From Squalus acanthias (lineage: Eukaryota): DNA of 64,000 nt. The stretch is from assembly GCA_030390025.1 (NCBI GenBank), contig CM059438.1:59026001-59090000 (forward strand). The letters are read 5' to 3'. Of the stretch, positions 1 to 13,279 are shown one piece after another (the first letter of the stretch is position 1; the number at the start of each line of letters is the position of its first letter). The notes under the pieces are model-generated. The model saw nothing but the letters and a program-made list of their open reading frames with translations, was not told where the DNA came from and made no database searches. A program made the position numbers and the translations under genes.

Positions 1-205
1 TCTGGAACGCGCTGCCTGAAAGGGCGGTGGGAGCAGAATCAATAGGAACTTTCAAAATGGAGTTGGATAAATACTTGAAGGGGAAAGATTTGCAGGGTTC
101 TGGGGAAAGAGCGGGGGGGAGTGGGACTAATTGGAGAGCTCTTTCAAAGAGCCGGCACAGGCACGATGAGCTGAATGGCCTCGTTCTGTGCTGTATGCTT
201 CTGTC
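1..205 (+). mobile_element. CR1-clade LINE 3' end fragment
   Basis: TGGAACGCGCTGCCT...GATAAATACTTG...GAATGGCCTCGTTCTGTGCTGT matches the ORF2 C-terminus/3' UTR of other CR1 copies in the window (e.g. 46760-46950). Confidence 0.85.
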
Positions 206-584
206 TGTCTCCTTGGTGACACTGATATCAGCCAGTACATTTGACACCATCACCCAACACTGCCCTTTGTGACGTACTGACTGGCGTCCCAATCAATGTG
301 GCATTTATTCTGATTGTACGGAAGCTCGCAGTGTTAAGACTCTCTCCCTCCACACCCTGATCCACCAAAGGTCGCGTTGTTCCATCACATAACATAATCG
401 CAATTGTCAGTGCTTACAGGACTGGTGAACAAAGGACTGATTTAAACAAGACGTAAGTAGCTCCACTGATGGACATTACCACTGATGTATGGCAGGGAGA
501 AACAGAGCCTCAGAACCATACCCTTCACAGTAGCACAGTCTGTATTACGTCAACCAGTGTGCGTAAAACTATTTTCTCAGAAAG

Positions 585-998
585 TCGTTCAAGCCCCATT
601 CCAGAGACTAAAGCTCATAATCCAGGCTGACACTCCAGTGCAGTACTGAGGGAGTGCTGCCCTGTCGGAGGTGCCGTCTTTCGGATGAGACGTTAAACCG
701 AGGCCCCGTCTGCTCCCTCAGGTGGACGCAAAAGATCCCATGGCGCTATTTCGAAGAAGAGCTGGGGTGTTCTCCCCGGTGTCCTGGCCAATATTTATCC
801 CTCAACCAACATTACTAAAACAGATTATCTGGTTATTTATCTCATTGCTGTTTGTGGGAGCTTGCTGTGCACAAATTGGTTGCTGCGTTTCCCACATTAC
901 AACAGTGACTACACTTGAAAAGTACTTCATTGGCTGTGAAGCGCTTTGTGACATCTTGAGGTCATGAAAGGCACTCAATAATTGCAAATTCTTCTTTT
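585..998 (+). mobile_element. SacSINE1-like DeuSINE, 5' truncated
   Basis: Deu-domain core GTCTTTCGGATGAGACGTTAAACCGAGG...CCCCGGTGTCCTGGCCAA and tail TGTGAAGCGCTTTG; colinear with the full copy at 60512-60970. Confidence 0.85.
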
Positions 999-1507
999 TA
1001 TCTCAGGGTTGGATTCCCAATTTAAGGATTCAATGGACATTAATCACATTTAAAATAATTGTTTCCTGACAGACAAGAATGAGATTTTGGCATCCTCAAA
1101 GAAACAACAATGGAGAGCTGGTCATAAGTAAAATGAGATAGTTTTTCAGCCTGGAGGAGTAACGGGACTGTAGATCAGTAGAAAATCACCAACAGGCCCC
1201 AGGTGTATCGATGGTGACACCATTTTAGCCACATGTACTAATTTTAGTAGAAAACGCCTCACTCACACACTACAGGTAAATGTACCTCAGACGTGCATAT
1301 TTACTAAACAAAACATCTACCAGCATTCAGTAACCAAGGAAGTAAAACACTCAACACTCAATAAACACTCGCACTCTCTGCTTTATCTATTTTACCAACA
1401 AACGCACAAAAAAGGTTAAAGTTCACATATGAGGATTGAGATCACAGGCCCAATGACAGTGGCTATCACTCATTTCTTAATTTACCAATCAGACGTGCAA
1501 TTAGGGA

Positions 1508-1574
1508 CATCTGGATTTCCAATTAGCCACATCTGGATTCCCAATTAGCCACATCTGGATTCCCAATTATCCAC
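1508..1574. repeat. 22-bp tandem repeat, 3 copies
   Basis: CATCTGGATT(T/C)CCAATTAGCCA x3. Confidence 0.85.
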
Positions 1575-2746
1575 GCGTGGCTATTGTATTGGACAGCATT
1601 GCTGTGCAGGGCAGTTAACAATAACTGATGGAATAGTGCACAAAGTGAGCAGAATTGTAATGCTGGAAAATTTATGCCAAGAAGTCACCTGAACAGCTGT
1701 AAGTCTAGGTGTTGCAACAGCTGCGATTCCAGTCACTGGCGCGTACGTTGATTGTGGATTGAGTGATGCCTACCCAATCAAGCCCTGTATTCCCGCCACG
1801 ATGAACTACTTTGAGTTATATTCTCGTTTAGCTATACGGCCAGCGCGAAAGGTGTGAGTCAGCGATCTGGAAATTGTGCACAATTCATATCGATAGCGGG
1901 GAAATGTTTGGGCTTGTTATATGGGATACTGTCTGTACTTATCTAGGAGTGTTACTCAATAAACCATGGGACTGCACCCTCTAATCCAAAGGACACATAT
2001 CGTGAGAATCGCTCTCGGCAATGGCGTGCAGGCCTGGTGATGTCATGAGTTTGGACATGGTGTGATCACAAAAGGATTAAAGCTGGAGTTTAAGTGCATA
2101 TTGTGTACAAAATAAGAAGACTAACAAAAACGTTTAGCGTGAGCTTTAGAAGGAGGATTGTAACACTGACATTTACACGCCATTAACTGAATAGGTCATT
2201 GTGTGCCTCAGGAATTAGCTGGAGTAACTCCCATAACACTGACATTATCAGAGATGTTGTGATTGTGGGATCATGACATTTGCTAGCGACATCATCATGA
2301 GGTCAGAAGTCTTGTCCACTGTTAGTTGCTGGATTTATTTTAAGAACACTAATCCCAGCCTTCTGATTAAGCACATTTTCCTATTCATTCCAACGCTCCC
2401 TCCCAATAATTCCCCTCCGCTCCTGTAAACAACTGACTCATGCCCGGCTACAGCCAGCCACCCAGGAGAGCTTGTCCACACGTGAGCCCCGACGCTGCAC
2501 TGTTTGCAGGACTCGAGGGGGCCCTTTTCAGTCCAACCCAGCTGCTGAGAGCGGGAGTGGGAGGCACTGTGCACCACTTCGATTTAAAAAAAAATATTCT
2601 GAACAGAATGACATTTGCTGATAACATCACTGGAGGAACTGGCTTTTAAGGAATTGTTAACTTAGTCGGGTGAGGGAACCAGACTAACCACAAACGCTGA
2701 GGCGCTGCAGCAAAACTATCGCACTGAAAGAAAAAAGGAAGACTTA

Positions 2747-2803
2747 GGAACGTAGGAACAGGATTAGGCCATTTGGCCCCTCGAGCCTGTTCCGCCATTC
2801 AAT
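2747..2803 (-). mobile_element. CR1 3' tail fragment (antisense)
   Basis: Reverse complement of the CR1 tail at 3231-3287 (GAATGGCGGAACAGGCTCGAGGGG). Confidence 0.75.
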
Positions 2804-2804
2804 G

Positions 2805-3287
2805 CAACGCAAATTCATCAGAATGATTCCGGGGCTAAAAGGGTTAAATTATGAGGACAGGTTGCATGGACTAGGCTTGTATTCCCTTGAGTATAGAAGA
2901 TTAAGATCCAAGAGAAGTGTTTATGATTAAAGGATTTGATAGGGTAGATAGAGAGAGAGAGAATCTATTTCCTCTGGTGGGGGGAGTCCAGAACAAAGTG
3001 GCATAAACATAAAATTAGAGCCAGGCCGTTCACGGGTGATTTCAGGAAGCACTTCTTCACACAAAGGGTATTGCAAATCAGGAACTCTCTCCCCCAAAAA
3101 GCTGTTCAGGCTGGGGGTCAATTGACAATTTCAAAATTGAGATTGATAGATTTTTGTTAGGCGAGGGTATTAAGAGATACAGAACCAAGGCGGGTGGACG
3201 GAGTTAGGATACAGATCCGCCATGATCTAATGGAATGGCGGAACAGGCTCGAGGGGCTGAATGGCCTCCTACTGTTCCTATGTTCCA
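2805..3287 (+). mobile_element. CR1 LINE 3' fragment
   Basis: Degenerate ORF2 end (QRKFIRMIPGLKGLNYEDRL...KHFFTQRV) and tail GAATGGCCTCCTACTGTTCCTATGTTCC. Confidence 0.85.
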
Positions 3288-3679
3288 AAGGGAATTCCCA
3301 AAGGAATGTCCTTTGTGTCCTATGGTGACTGCCCATAGGACGAGGGAAATACCCTGGAATGGTAGGTGCAGAAAAACAAACTAAAATCTGCATTAAACTG
3401 TGATCTGGCCTGAAATTCAATGAAACCCTCAGAAAGGCACCGATAAACACCCGAACATTGGGACAAAACCTGCTGCGTCCTCATTAAGTGCAATCATGAG
3501 GGACAGAGAATAAGATTTTGGAACACAGTGTACGAGCAATTTAAGACACGGCCTGTGGGGCGTGTAGCATGGTCGGGAGGAACAGGTGACTTTGGACAGG
3601 TTCCCACAGCTCTCCACCACTGGGTCTGTTGTTGACTAATGATTGCTAGTCTGATTCAACAACTCCATTATTATTGTAT

Positions 3680-3800
3680 CATGGGACTCCCAGGATTGAA
3701 GTGGCAAGCAACATGGAGCTCAGTCGCACTCGTGGACAGAAGGGAGGTGTTCAGCAAAGTGGTCTCCCCGATGTAGAGGTGACTGCACCGTGGACCCACC
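3680..3800 (-). mobile_element. Penelope-like GIY-YIG endonuclease remnant
   Basis: Translation RCSHLYIGET...LHVACHFN resembles the GIY-YIG C-terminus, as at 42753-42934. Confidence 0.55.
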
Positions 3801-4020
3801 ACTGATCTAGAGCTGATGCCAGGACGTTCTTCAGCCACCAGCACCTGCACTGGGCTTTGACCTGGGGCAGTGGAGGGAATGCAGCAATCCCTTTCATTAA
3901 CTTGGGCTGGGGGAAACAAAGGAGGCTCGTGCTGGGGTGTGGAGTTTCAGGCACCCTGCAACTTCAAGCACACCCGGTCAGATACAGAACACACAGCTGG
4001 ACAACATTGCTGCTTCTACT

Positions 4021-4430
4021 CAGCCCCGACACTGCGCCTCAGCCCCAACAACGTGCCTCAGTCCCAACAACGTGCCTCAGTCCTGACAACGTGCCTCAGC
4101 CCCGACAACGTGCCTCAGCCCCAACAACGTGTCTCAGTCCCGACAACGTGCCTCAGTCCCGACAACGTGTCTCAGTCCCAACAACGTGCCTCAGTCCCGA
4201 CAACGTGCCTCAGCCCCGACAACGTGCCTCAGCCCCAACAACGTGCCTCAGTCCCGACAACGTGCCTCAGCCCCAACAACGTGCCTCAGCCCCGACAACG
4301 TGCCTCAGCCCCAACAACGTGCCTCAGTCCCAACAACGTGCCTCAGTCCCAACAACGTGCCTCAGTCCCAACAACGTGCCTCAGTCCCAACAACGTGCCT
4401 CAGTCCCGACAACGTGCCTCAGTCCCGACA
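4021..4430. repeat. 19-bp minisatellite, about 21 copies
   Basis: Unit CAG(T/C)CCC(A/G)ACAACGTGCCT. Confidence 0.95.
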
Positions 4431-4577
4431 TCAGAAGATGACGCTTCCGCTTTGCACAGTCACCCTGTGGCTTCTGACCGAGACTGACCACTTGATGCTC
4501 AGTTAGGTGTCCACAACACCTCAGACCAGACTGAAACTGCCCAAATTAATTTTCCACAGGCCCTTTACCGAAATAAA

Positions 4578-5207
4578 AGATAGACTTGCATTTGCATAGC
4601 GCCTTTCACAAGCACAAGACATCACAGAATCCCCACAGTGCGGATAGAGGCCATTTCGGCCCATCGAGCCTGCACCAACACATATCCCACCCTATCCCCG
4701 TATTTAACCCCCTAACACTAAGGGTCAATTTATCATAGCCAAATCAACCTAACCCGCACATCTTTGGACTGTGGGAGGAAACTGGAGCACCCGGAGAAAA
4801 CCCACGCAGACACGGGGAGAATGTGCAAACTCCACCCAAGGCCGGAGTCGAACCCGGGTCCCTGGCGCTGTGAGGCAACAGTGCTAACTACTATGCCACC
4901 GTGTTGCCTTTGAAGTAATCCCAATGAAGTACTTTTTTGAAGTGTAGTCACTGTTGTAATGTAGGAAAGGTAGCAGCAAAATTGCACACAGCAAGATCCC
5001 ACAAACAGTAATGTGATGGTGACCAGCTCATCTGTTTTACTGATGTTGATTCAGGGATAAATGCTGCCCAGGACACCGAGGAGAACTCCCTGCTCTTCTT
5101 TGAATAGTGCCATGGGATCTTTTACATCCCCATCCAAGAGGGCAGATGGGGCCTGAATGGTGCCCCTCTGGTAGTGCAGCACTCCCTCAACACTGCGCTG
5201 AAACCAG
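4578..5207 (-). mobile_element. SacSINE1-like DeuSINE interrupted by an HE1-like SINE
   Basis: Tail at 4578-4623 and body at 4909-5207 are the reverse complement of 60600-60970. Confidence 0.8.
4624..4908 (-). mobile_element. HE1-like V-SINE (tRNA-derived)
   Basis: Minus strand: GGCAACACGGTGGCATAGTAGTTAGCACTG (A box), GGTTCGACTCC (B box), V-domain TCCTCCCACAGTCCAAAGATGTGCGGGTTAGG, CR1-like tail GATGGGCCGAAATGGCCTC. Confidence 0.8.
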
Positions 5208-6040
5208 CAGCGAGAGGAGACGCTCATTCCATCAGTCGGGCATCAAAGCCAAGCCACAAAAGTGAAATCCAAGCGTGTAATTTACAGCAACGCCCAGTCC
5301 CACAGCAAACTCATTGACATCCGCACTCAGATACCGCAGGAATTGTGCTGGGATTCAGCAGCTTAGAGAGCGTGCAGGTGGGGAACAGGTGGATGTTTAC
5401 GACAGACTGTAACTATTTGTAGACAGGTTTGGACAGCCTTCAGCAAACAGTCCCCACCCTCTTGCTATGAAAAGCATGTGAAGGTTTACTCATCACTCAA
5501 AGCTGCTCCGGTCTACACCACCCCAAGGGTGAGATCAAAAGGAAGCTTCCCTTGTGTTTGGCTCACCCAAAATGGAAAGAGTCCGATTCCCACCTCTCCC
5601 AGAGCAAACAATAGCTGGTAATAGACTCTAAAATCCATTGGTGTGTGTGCACTCCGCATCGGCACCAGCACTTTTAGATACCGTGTAGCCACATGTCAGA
5701 CTGTCATTACTCATTGGGGCACCCGGGGAAGGCAGCACGCTATGTGCTACCGATGGTTCAACTCAGCCATTACAAACCTGGCTCGCACTTGGCCTCGCCC
5801 TCCAACACCACAAGGCAGAGAGAGTTGAGAATTTTCACCAGAATTGTTACCGGGCTAAAGGGTAAAGGACTGGTTGCATAGACTAGGCGTTTACTGCATA
5901 GGAATATAGAAAGCTAAGGGGTGATCTAATTGAGGTGTTTAAAACGATTAAAGGATTCGATAGTTTTGAGAGAAGCTATTTCCTCTGGTGGGGGGAGTCC
6001 AGAGCAAGGGGGCATAACCTTAAAATTAGAGCCAGGCCGT
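5152..6040 (+). repeat. Direct duplication, copy 1 (copy 2 at 9878-10766)
   Basis: About 890 bp, near-identical, constant offset 4726. Confidence 0.95.
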
Positions 6041-6210
6041 TCAGGGGTGATGTCAGGAAGCACTTCTTCACACAAAGGGTGGTGGAAATCTGGAACTCTC
6101 TGCCCCAAAGTAGCTGTTGAGGCTGGGGGTCAATTGAAAATTTCTAGATAGATTTTTGTTGGGTAAGGATATTGAGATATGGAACCGAGGAGGGTAGATG
6201 GAGTTCAGAC
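5826..6210 (+). mobile_element. CR1 LINE 3' fragment
   Basis: RGHNLKIRARPFRGDVRKHFFTQRVVEIWNSLP. Confidence 0.85.
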
Positions 6211-6753
6211 ACTAAGGGGGGAATTTTTCGGGGGGTCAGTGGGCCCGTTTGGTGGGGGCTCGGGTGGGAAAATGTTTTTTTTCAGGCAGTGTGTCGGGAA
6301 CCGTCTGTCAACCCGTCGCCACACTACTTTCACAGATGTCGGGTCTGTCAGCGCTGAACAGACCCGACACACAGCGGCCGGGGAGGCAATTCAGGTCTTT
6401 ATGACCTTGTTAACAGCCCATTAAAGAGAATTCTGAGCTCACCTTTACACTTTACAAGGTCGCCCACGGGGTCCTCGCTGCTCGGGGATCACGTCAGGTC
6501 AGCAGGGCGGGAGTTGAATGGCCATGGGATCATCTCATTACTTGACAGCTGCAAATGTGCTATAAAAGCTCCCCTCTCACAGCTGTTCACTTTCCAAGCT
6601 CAGAAGCTGTTGCTTAATGCATTTGGAGGACAGATTGAGCTTTATGCAGGTTCCAAGTGTTTGGAGCAAACTCTCTATCCAGTGTCACCTCATTGGAACA
6701 GCCTCTCTCACCACTCTGTCATCTCAACTTAACCTGCCATCTATTACATCAGA

Positions 6754-7945
6754 ATGGGCACGATTTATACTCTCTCACCTTGGTCCTCAGAGTCTGACCA
6801 CAATCAGCCGCAACACCAGCAGAACCAGGCACACCAGCAGCACCAACAACAAGACCTCCAACCTTCTCCTCAACCACCTGATGCTGCACAGGGCAGAGGG
6901 CATGAGCGCAGCACTGGACTGCGCCAGAGGCGATACCCCCAACACAGGGTATACAGGCAGAGGATGAGCTTCCTCAACATGACTGAGCAGCAGTGCCAAG
7001 GGAGGCTCAGGTTATCGCACCAAGTCGTCACAGACATTTGCCGATTGCTGAAGCAAGACCTGCAGCCCAGAGGAACGGGTGGACACGCCTTGCCAGTAGC
7101 TGTCAAAGTCACCCTTGCCCTCAACTACTTCGCCTCAGGCTCCTTCCAGGCATATTGCATTCGGCTGCCCACAGATGCATCACACAGGTCACTGATGCTC
7201 TCTTTGGCAAGTCCGCCAATTATATCAACTTTACCACTGATGAAGCCAGTGTTGCTGAGTGGATGCTGGGCTTTGCGGCTCTGGCTGGCTTCCCACGGGT
7301 GCAAGGCATCATCGACTGCACACATGTGGCCATCAGGGCACCCCATCATAACCCAGGAGTCTTTGTCAACCGCAAGGGCTTCCACTCCCTCAATGTGCAG
7401 CTCGTCTCCAACCATAGGATGATCATCATGCATGTGTGCGCCAAGTCCCCTGGCAGCTGCCATGTCTCTTGCATCATGCGCCAGTCCACCCTCCCTCAGT
7501 TCTTCGCTCCTCCAAACACTCTTTCTGGCTGGCTGCTTGGAGACGAGGGCTATCCACTGAAGACGTGGCTCATGACACCTTTGAACATTACAATCAAAGC
7601 CACATCTCCACCAGAAGTATCATAGAGTAGACAATAGGTAGGCTCAAAATGCGCTTCAAATGCCTGGACAGATCTGGAGGAGCCCTTCAGTAGGCGTCAG
7701 CCAGTGTCTCGAGAATCGTCATGGTCTGCTGCGCCCTGCACAACATAGCGCAGCAGCGAGGATTAGCGCTGCATGAGGAACAAGGCGCAGAGCGCACAGC
7801 CTCTTCAGAGGAGGAGGAGGAGCATGAGGTGGAAGACGAGGATGAGGAAGACCTGGAGGAGCCGACGGTCCAGATTCTACCAGTACGTGACCACATTGTT
7901 GCCCGTGAGTCAGGGATGGCCTCATCATGGTCAGATTTAGTTAAC
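6754..7945 (+). pseudogene. Harbinger (HARBI1-like) DDE transposase, frameshifted
   Basis: Motifs [34 protein letters not shown] spread over several frames; in-frame TAG near 7691. Confidence 0.9.
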
Positions 7946-8228
7946 GTTACGCAGCACAGATGTGGCTGGCACATGTGTAAGAAGGTTAGCTACACCCCAC
8001 AGCAACACCATAAAGCATCCCTACAATGACCACTCCATTCTTTTCACAGTCACCACCATTGCCGGAGCTTAAGGTAGCCCTGACCATTCACTCTGCCACT
8101 TCCAATTGTGCACACACATTTGGCAAGGACCGCAAAGTTTCAGAAATAAATGATTTAATACAAGAAATGAATTGAACATAAACTTCACAATAGCATTTAA
8201 GAAAACACACAAGTGACTACCCTTGTGA

Positions 8229-9562
8229 CTACTTGTGTGGCATCTTTCTTTTCCGAGTGCTTCTACGTGGTGCAACCCCTGTGGCTTCAGCAGAGGTAGA
8301 GGCAGGCTGCTCACTTCCCTGCTGTGCCTGCCTAGACGCCTTTGGCGGTCGTCCTCTGGATTTTGGAGCCTGTGAGGGCCCCGCCAAAGTCTGCTCTTCC
8401 TGCAACTGTGCACGGCCAGAAGCAGCCATCGCTGTTCAGGGAGGCATCTGGGGCTCTGTCCGAGGAGTTGGCAAGGGGGGAGAAGTGTGACCGCTTGGAG
8501 AGGAGCCCCCACTTCCATGTCCCCTCTCACCATCATCCCTCTCATGGGCCACCCGCACTTCCCTGCTAGCAAGGAGCTGGAGAGCACCTAGCTGCTCATC
8601 AGTGGGGCCATGAGGACCCATGGCTATACTGACATCCCTCCTAGAAAGGATGTCTATGAGCCTCTGGTTTCTCTCCTCCTTAGATGCCCACCTCTCCTCC
8701 ATAGGTGCCCACCTCTCCTCCATAGATGCCCATCTCTCCTCCATAGATGCTCATCTATTTTGAATAGAGACCATGTGCTCGTGCGACTGGCGCATTCAGT
8801 CCTCCATGCAGGTGGCCATCCTATCCATGGAGGAACCTACAGTCGCGAGTGCCTGCGCCACGGTGGTGGTCATGTTGGAGATGGACTCCTCCATTCTCTG
8901 CACACTTGCTCTCACCACTGTCAGAGCCTCCTGCACTTGTTCCTGCAGCTCCAGGATCACCCTCTTTCTGGATGGCCCCCGGGGCTCAGCGTCTGCATGC
9001 CACTGAGCAGAGCCAGGAGACTCCTGCGGCCTCCGGCGAGCACTCTCCACTGCTGTCCCTGCCTCCTCCCTCTGCTCTTGCTCACCTGTGATGTGTGAAG
9101 CACCAGGTGACAACACTAGTCTATCTCGCGACGGCCCCACCGAGGTGTGTGTATCTGCGCTGGTGCTGGCTTGCCTTGTCTGAGGTGACACTGCGCCCTC
9201 AGAGGCTGGAGGCTCCTCTGAGGAGTGCCCTTGTTCTTCCTCCTGGACAGTGGGAAAGTAAAGACATCAGTTACATATATGATATGTCGATTGCATACAG
9301 ATACCATTATGCACATGATGAGCATTCAATGTCTGTTGACATCAGCCCCTATATGAGTGACTGATGAATGCCATTTAGGTGTATGGAAAATGATTCTGTC
9401 ACCAGGTTGTTCTGATGAGCCCCTCTCTCTGTCCCCCACTTCCGGCTGGTCCACCACTCCACTAATTTCCAGGGCTGCCTCCTCTGCACTCGTGAGAATC
9501 GCCATGGATTGAGGGCCTCCTCCCATTCTTTCCCTCTCCCTCTTATTGTGGGCTCTCTTTTC
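8229..9562 (-). pseudogene. Harbinger Myb/SANT partner gene, exon 2 (9562-9403) and exon 3 (9242-8229), degenerate
   Basis: ttgcag|GAAAAGAGAGCC (EKRAHNKRERERMGGGP), GT/AG intron, coiled-coil-like MEERWAS heptads, C-terminal RGRP and RRSTRKRK. Confidence 0.75.
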
Positions 9563-9877
9563 CTGCAAGGAGGGAAAGAAGAGAAGGTTGAGTGGCAGTG
9601 ATGGAATGAGTGTAAGGAATGGATGGGTTAGATCTTTAGAGGGAGACTATGCTGGAGTGGGGTGCCATTACCAAGTTGCCTCCTTTTGTGTTGTTAGTTG
9701 GCGTCATTGCATTAGGATGAGGGTCAGTGTGAGGGGTGCTTAGTAAGATGGGGATGTGATAATGTAGATAGATAGAGAGGGATGGGTGAAGGTGCAAGGG
9801 ATGTTGGTTTGAGTAGGGATGTGCAGGAGTAGGGTTGGGAATGCAAAGGGCAGACGGGGCCTCGGTTTAAGGTCTCA

Positions 9878-10766
9878 CCTGAATGGTGCCCCTCTGGTAG
9901 TGCAGCACTCCCTCAACACTGCGCTGGAACCAGCAGCGAGAGGAGACTCTCATTCCATCAGTCGGGCATCAAAGCCAAGCCACAAAAGTGAAATCCAAGC
10001 GTGTAATTTACAGCAACGCCCAGTCCCACAGCAAACTCATTGACATCCGCACTCAGATACCGCAGGAATTGTGCTGGGATTCAGCAGCTTAGAGAGCGTG
10101 CAGGTGGGGAACAGGTGGATGTGTACGACAGACTGTAACTATTTGTAGACAGGTTTGGACAGCCTTCAGCAAACAGTCCCCACCCTCTTGCTATGAAAAG
10201 CATGTGAAGGTTTACTCATCACTCAAAGCTGCTCCGGTCTACACCACCCCAAGGGTGAGATCAAAAGGAAGCTTCCCTTGTGTTTGGCTCACCCAAAATG
10301 GAAAGAGTCCGATTCCCACCTCTCCCAGAGCAAACAATAGCTGGTAATAGACTCTAAAATCCATTGGTGTGTGTGCACTCCGCATCGGCACCAGCACTTT
10401 TAGATACCGTGTAGCCACATGTCAGACTGTCATTACTCATTGGGGCACCCGGGGAAGGCAGCACGCTATGTGCTACCGATGGTTCAACTCAGCCATTACA
10501 AACCTGGCTAGCACTTGGCCTCGCCCTCCAACACCACAAGGCAGAGAGAGTTGAGAATTTTCACCAGAATTGTTACCGGGCTAAAGGGTAAAGGACTGGT
10601 TGCATAGACTAGGCGTTTACTGCATAGGAATATAGAAAGCTAAGGGGTGATCTAATTGAGGTGTTTGAAACGATTAAAGGATTCGATAGTTTTGAGAGAA
10701 ACTATTTCCTCTGGTGGGGGGAGTCCAGAGCAAGGGGGCATAACCTTAAAATTAGAGCCAGGCCGT
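9878..10766 (+). repeat. Direct duplication, copy 2
   Basis: Matches 5152-6040. Confidence 0.95.
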
Positions 10767-12080
10767 GTTATAGCGACTTTCCCTCTGCTCTGCAGCTCCC
10801 CAGGCACTGACCGGCACACAGGAAATACCATTTCACTGAAGGAACCTTCCCCCAGCCCAGAAAGCCCCAAGTTTAATCCCTAATTCCAGCGGCTGAGCTA
10901 CAGTTAGCCTCAGCACCCTTGCTCCTGATCGCGGCCCTCTGTAGGAAAGTGTGCCTGTCGGGTGAGGCCCCCGACGGTCGAATAGCCGGTTTCGTTCTCA
11001 CTCGTCAGGATTCATACATGTGGAACTGCACCCCAGCAAGAGTCAGCGCCTTCAGGAGGGGAGGGGAAAGACAGGAATTAAATACCCCGCTAAAAATGAT
11101 TGAACAAAGAATTCCGTGTGTCCCTCTGTTGTGTTCTGCCCCGAGCACAGGTCCTAACTCAAGTCTCACACGATAGTTTTGAGCCACCTGCTAGGAAGGA
11201 TTGCTGAGCTACTTTCCCGTTGGCTTCCCCACAGTTTTTATCGGCACACTATCTGCTCCTAGGTGGGCTGTAACCAAAGCTAAAGAGCCCCACCTGTCCT
11301 TACAATGGTGGAGGGGGGGGGTGGGTGTGGGGGCGCGGGCCTGCACCCATCGGACACAAGTACCCCAGCTGGGCATAACCCCAGTATTCAGAGCCGGCTT
11401 GCCAGGGCTATCCGGAGTCGACCAGAACCCAACCCTCCTGACTCAGAGGCGAGAATACCATCACTGAGCCAATGGCCACTCCATCCAGACGCCAGTATCC
11501 CACTGGATGTCAACCCAGTATTCAGACATCATGGCCGAGATTTTCCGGGGGGTCAGCGGGCGCGATCGGTGGCGGGTCGGGTGGGAAAGTGGGTTTTTCC
11601 CCCAGCGGGTCGGGACCCCACTGTGAACCCGCCACCACGCGCCTTTTCCAATGTCGAGTCTGTCAGCGCTGAGCAGACCCGACACGCAGCGGCGGGGGAC
11701 CCAATTCAGGTCATTATAACTTTGCTTAGAGATCATTAAGAATACGTTTGAGCCCACCTTTTGACTTTACGTGCTCACCCACGGGGTCCTCGCTACTCGG
11801 GATCACGCCTGCTAAGCTGAGGCGGGAGATGAATGGCCATTGAATCAGCTTATTACTTGACAACTTGAAATGTGCTATAAAAGCTCCCATCTCACAGCTG
11901 CTCACTTTCCAAGCTCAGAAGCTGTTGCTTACTCCATTTGGAGGACAGATTGAGCTTTATGCAGGTTGCAAGTGTTTGGAGTAAACTCTCTATCCAGTGT
12001 CGTCTCATTGGAACAACCTCCCTCCCCATTGACAGATCGCTTCTGTCATCTCAACTTTACCTGCCATCTATTCCATCAGC

Positions 12081-12896
12081 ATGGGTACTGTTTATACTGT
12101 TTCACCTTGGTCCTCAGAATCTTACGATCAGCCCCAACACCAGCAGAACCAGGTACACCAGCAGCACCAACAACAACACCAATCTTCTACCTCAACCACC
12201 TGATGCTGCACAGGGCAGAGGGCATCAGCACAGGGCTGCACCCCCAACATAGGGTTTACAGGCAGAAGATGAGCTTCCTCAACATGACTGAGCAGCAGTG
12301 CCAAAGGAGGCCCAGGCTATCGCGCCAGGTCGTCGCAGTTTTTGTCAACCGCAAGGGCTTCCACTCCCTCAATGTGCAGCTCATCTACAACCATAGAAAA
12401 TCATCATGCATGTGTGCGCCAAGTTCCCTGGCAGCTACATGACTCTTTCATCCTGCGCCAGTCCACTATCCCTCAGCTCTTCGCACCTCCAAACACTCTT
12501 ACTGGCTGGCTGCTTGGAGACAGGAGTTATCCACTGAAGACGTGGCTCATGACACCTTTGAGGAGGCCAAGTAATGAGGCTGAGGAATCAAAGCCACATC
12601 TCCACCAGATGTGTCATAGAGCAGACAATAGGCAGGCTCAAAATGCGCTTTAGATGCCTGGACAGATCTGGAGGAGCCCTTCAGTACGCACCAGCCAGGG
12701 TCTCGAGAATCGTCATGGTCTGCTGCGCCCTGCACAACATAGCGCAGCAGCGAGGATTAGCGCTGCATGAGGAACAAGGCGCAGAGCGCACAGCCTCTTC
12801 AGAGGAGGAGGAGCATAAGGTGGAAGACGAGGATGAGGAGGACCTGGAGGAGCCGACGGTCCAGATTCTACCAGTACGTGACCACATTGCTGCCCG
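12081..12896 (+). pseudogene. Family A transposase remnant with internal deletion
   Basis: Homologous to 6754-7903; about 325 bp missing at the junction near 12338; [24 protein letters not shown]. Confidence 0.85.
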
Positions 12897-13279
12897 AAAT
12901 TGACCTGGCACTTTGCGGTGGCGCTAAACACTATCGCCATGATCTCCTGAACCCTGAGATCGTGACGTCATCCAAGTGCGCATCACTCCGGGAGCGCCCC
13001 GGACCGGATATTGATTCTCGCCCCCTGCCTCAGCACCTGCCGCTAGGAACGACAGTTAGAGGGGGACGGTTTTCAGTCAGCTGGGAGCTGGGGGAGCGCT
13101 ATTTAAAGGCGTGCACTTCCTGCTTTTTCCTGTCGGCAAAATATTCTGCATACGCAGGTTGAGAGAGGGAGAGAGCCGTCTGGAGTCATTTAATGCTGTC
13201 CTACAACTTTTGTTCCTGAGCAACACTTTTCAGGTTCCTATTTCTCTGAGCTTCATATTTACCACATTTACAGGATTAA

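Larger units (their letters stand above)
6216..9846 (+). mobile_element. PIF/Harbinger transposon family A, copy A1 (right end truncated)
   Basis: Left end GGGGGGAATTTTTC after TAA, homologous to 11533 onward; transposase on + and Myb-like gene on -. Confidence 0.88.

Noticed and set aside
2380..2650. Possible promoter/enhancer (TGACTCA, CACGTG) and 69-aa ORF
   Set aside because: Short motifs expected by chance; the ORF has no recognisable similarity
2747..3287. Element with ~55-bp terminal inverted repeats
   Set aside because: The arms are two CR1 3' tails in opposite orientation; no TSD seen
3857..4506. Overlapping 125-205-aa repeat ORFs
   Set aside because: Artefact of the stop-free 19-bp repeat
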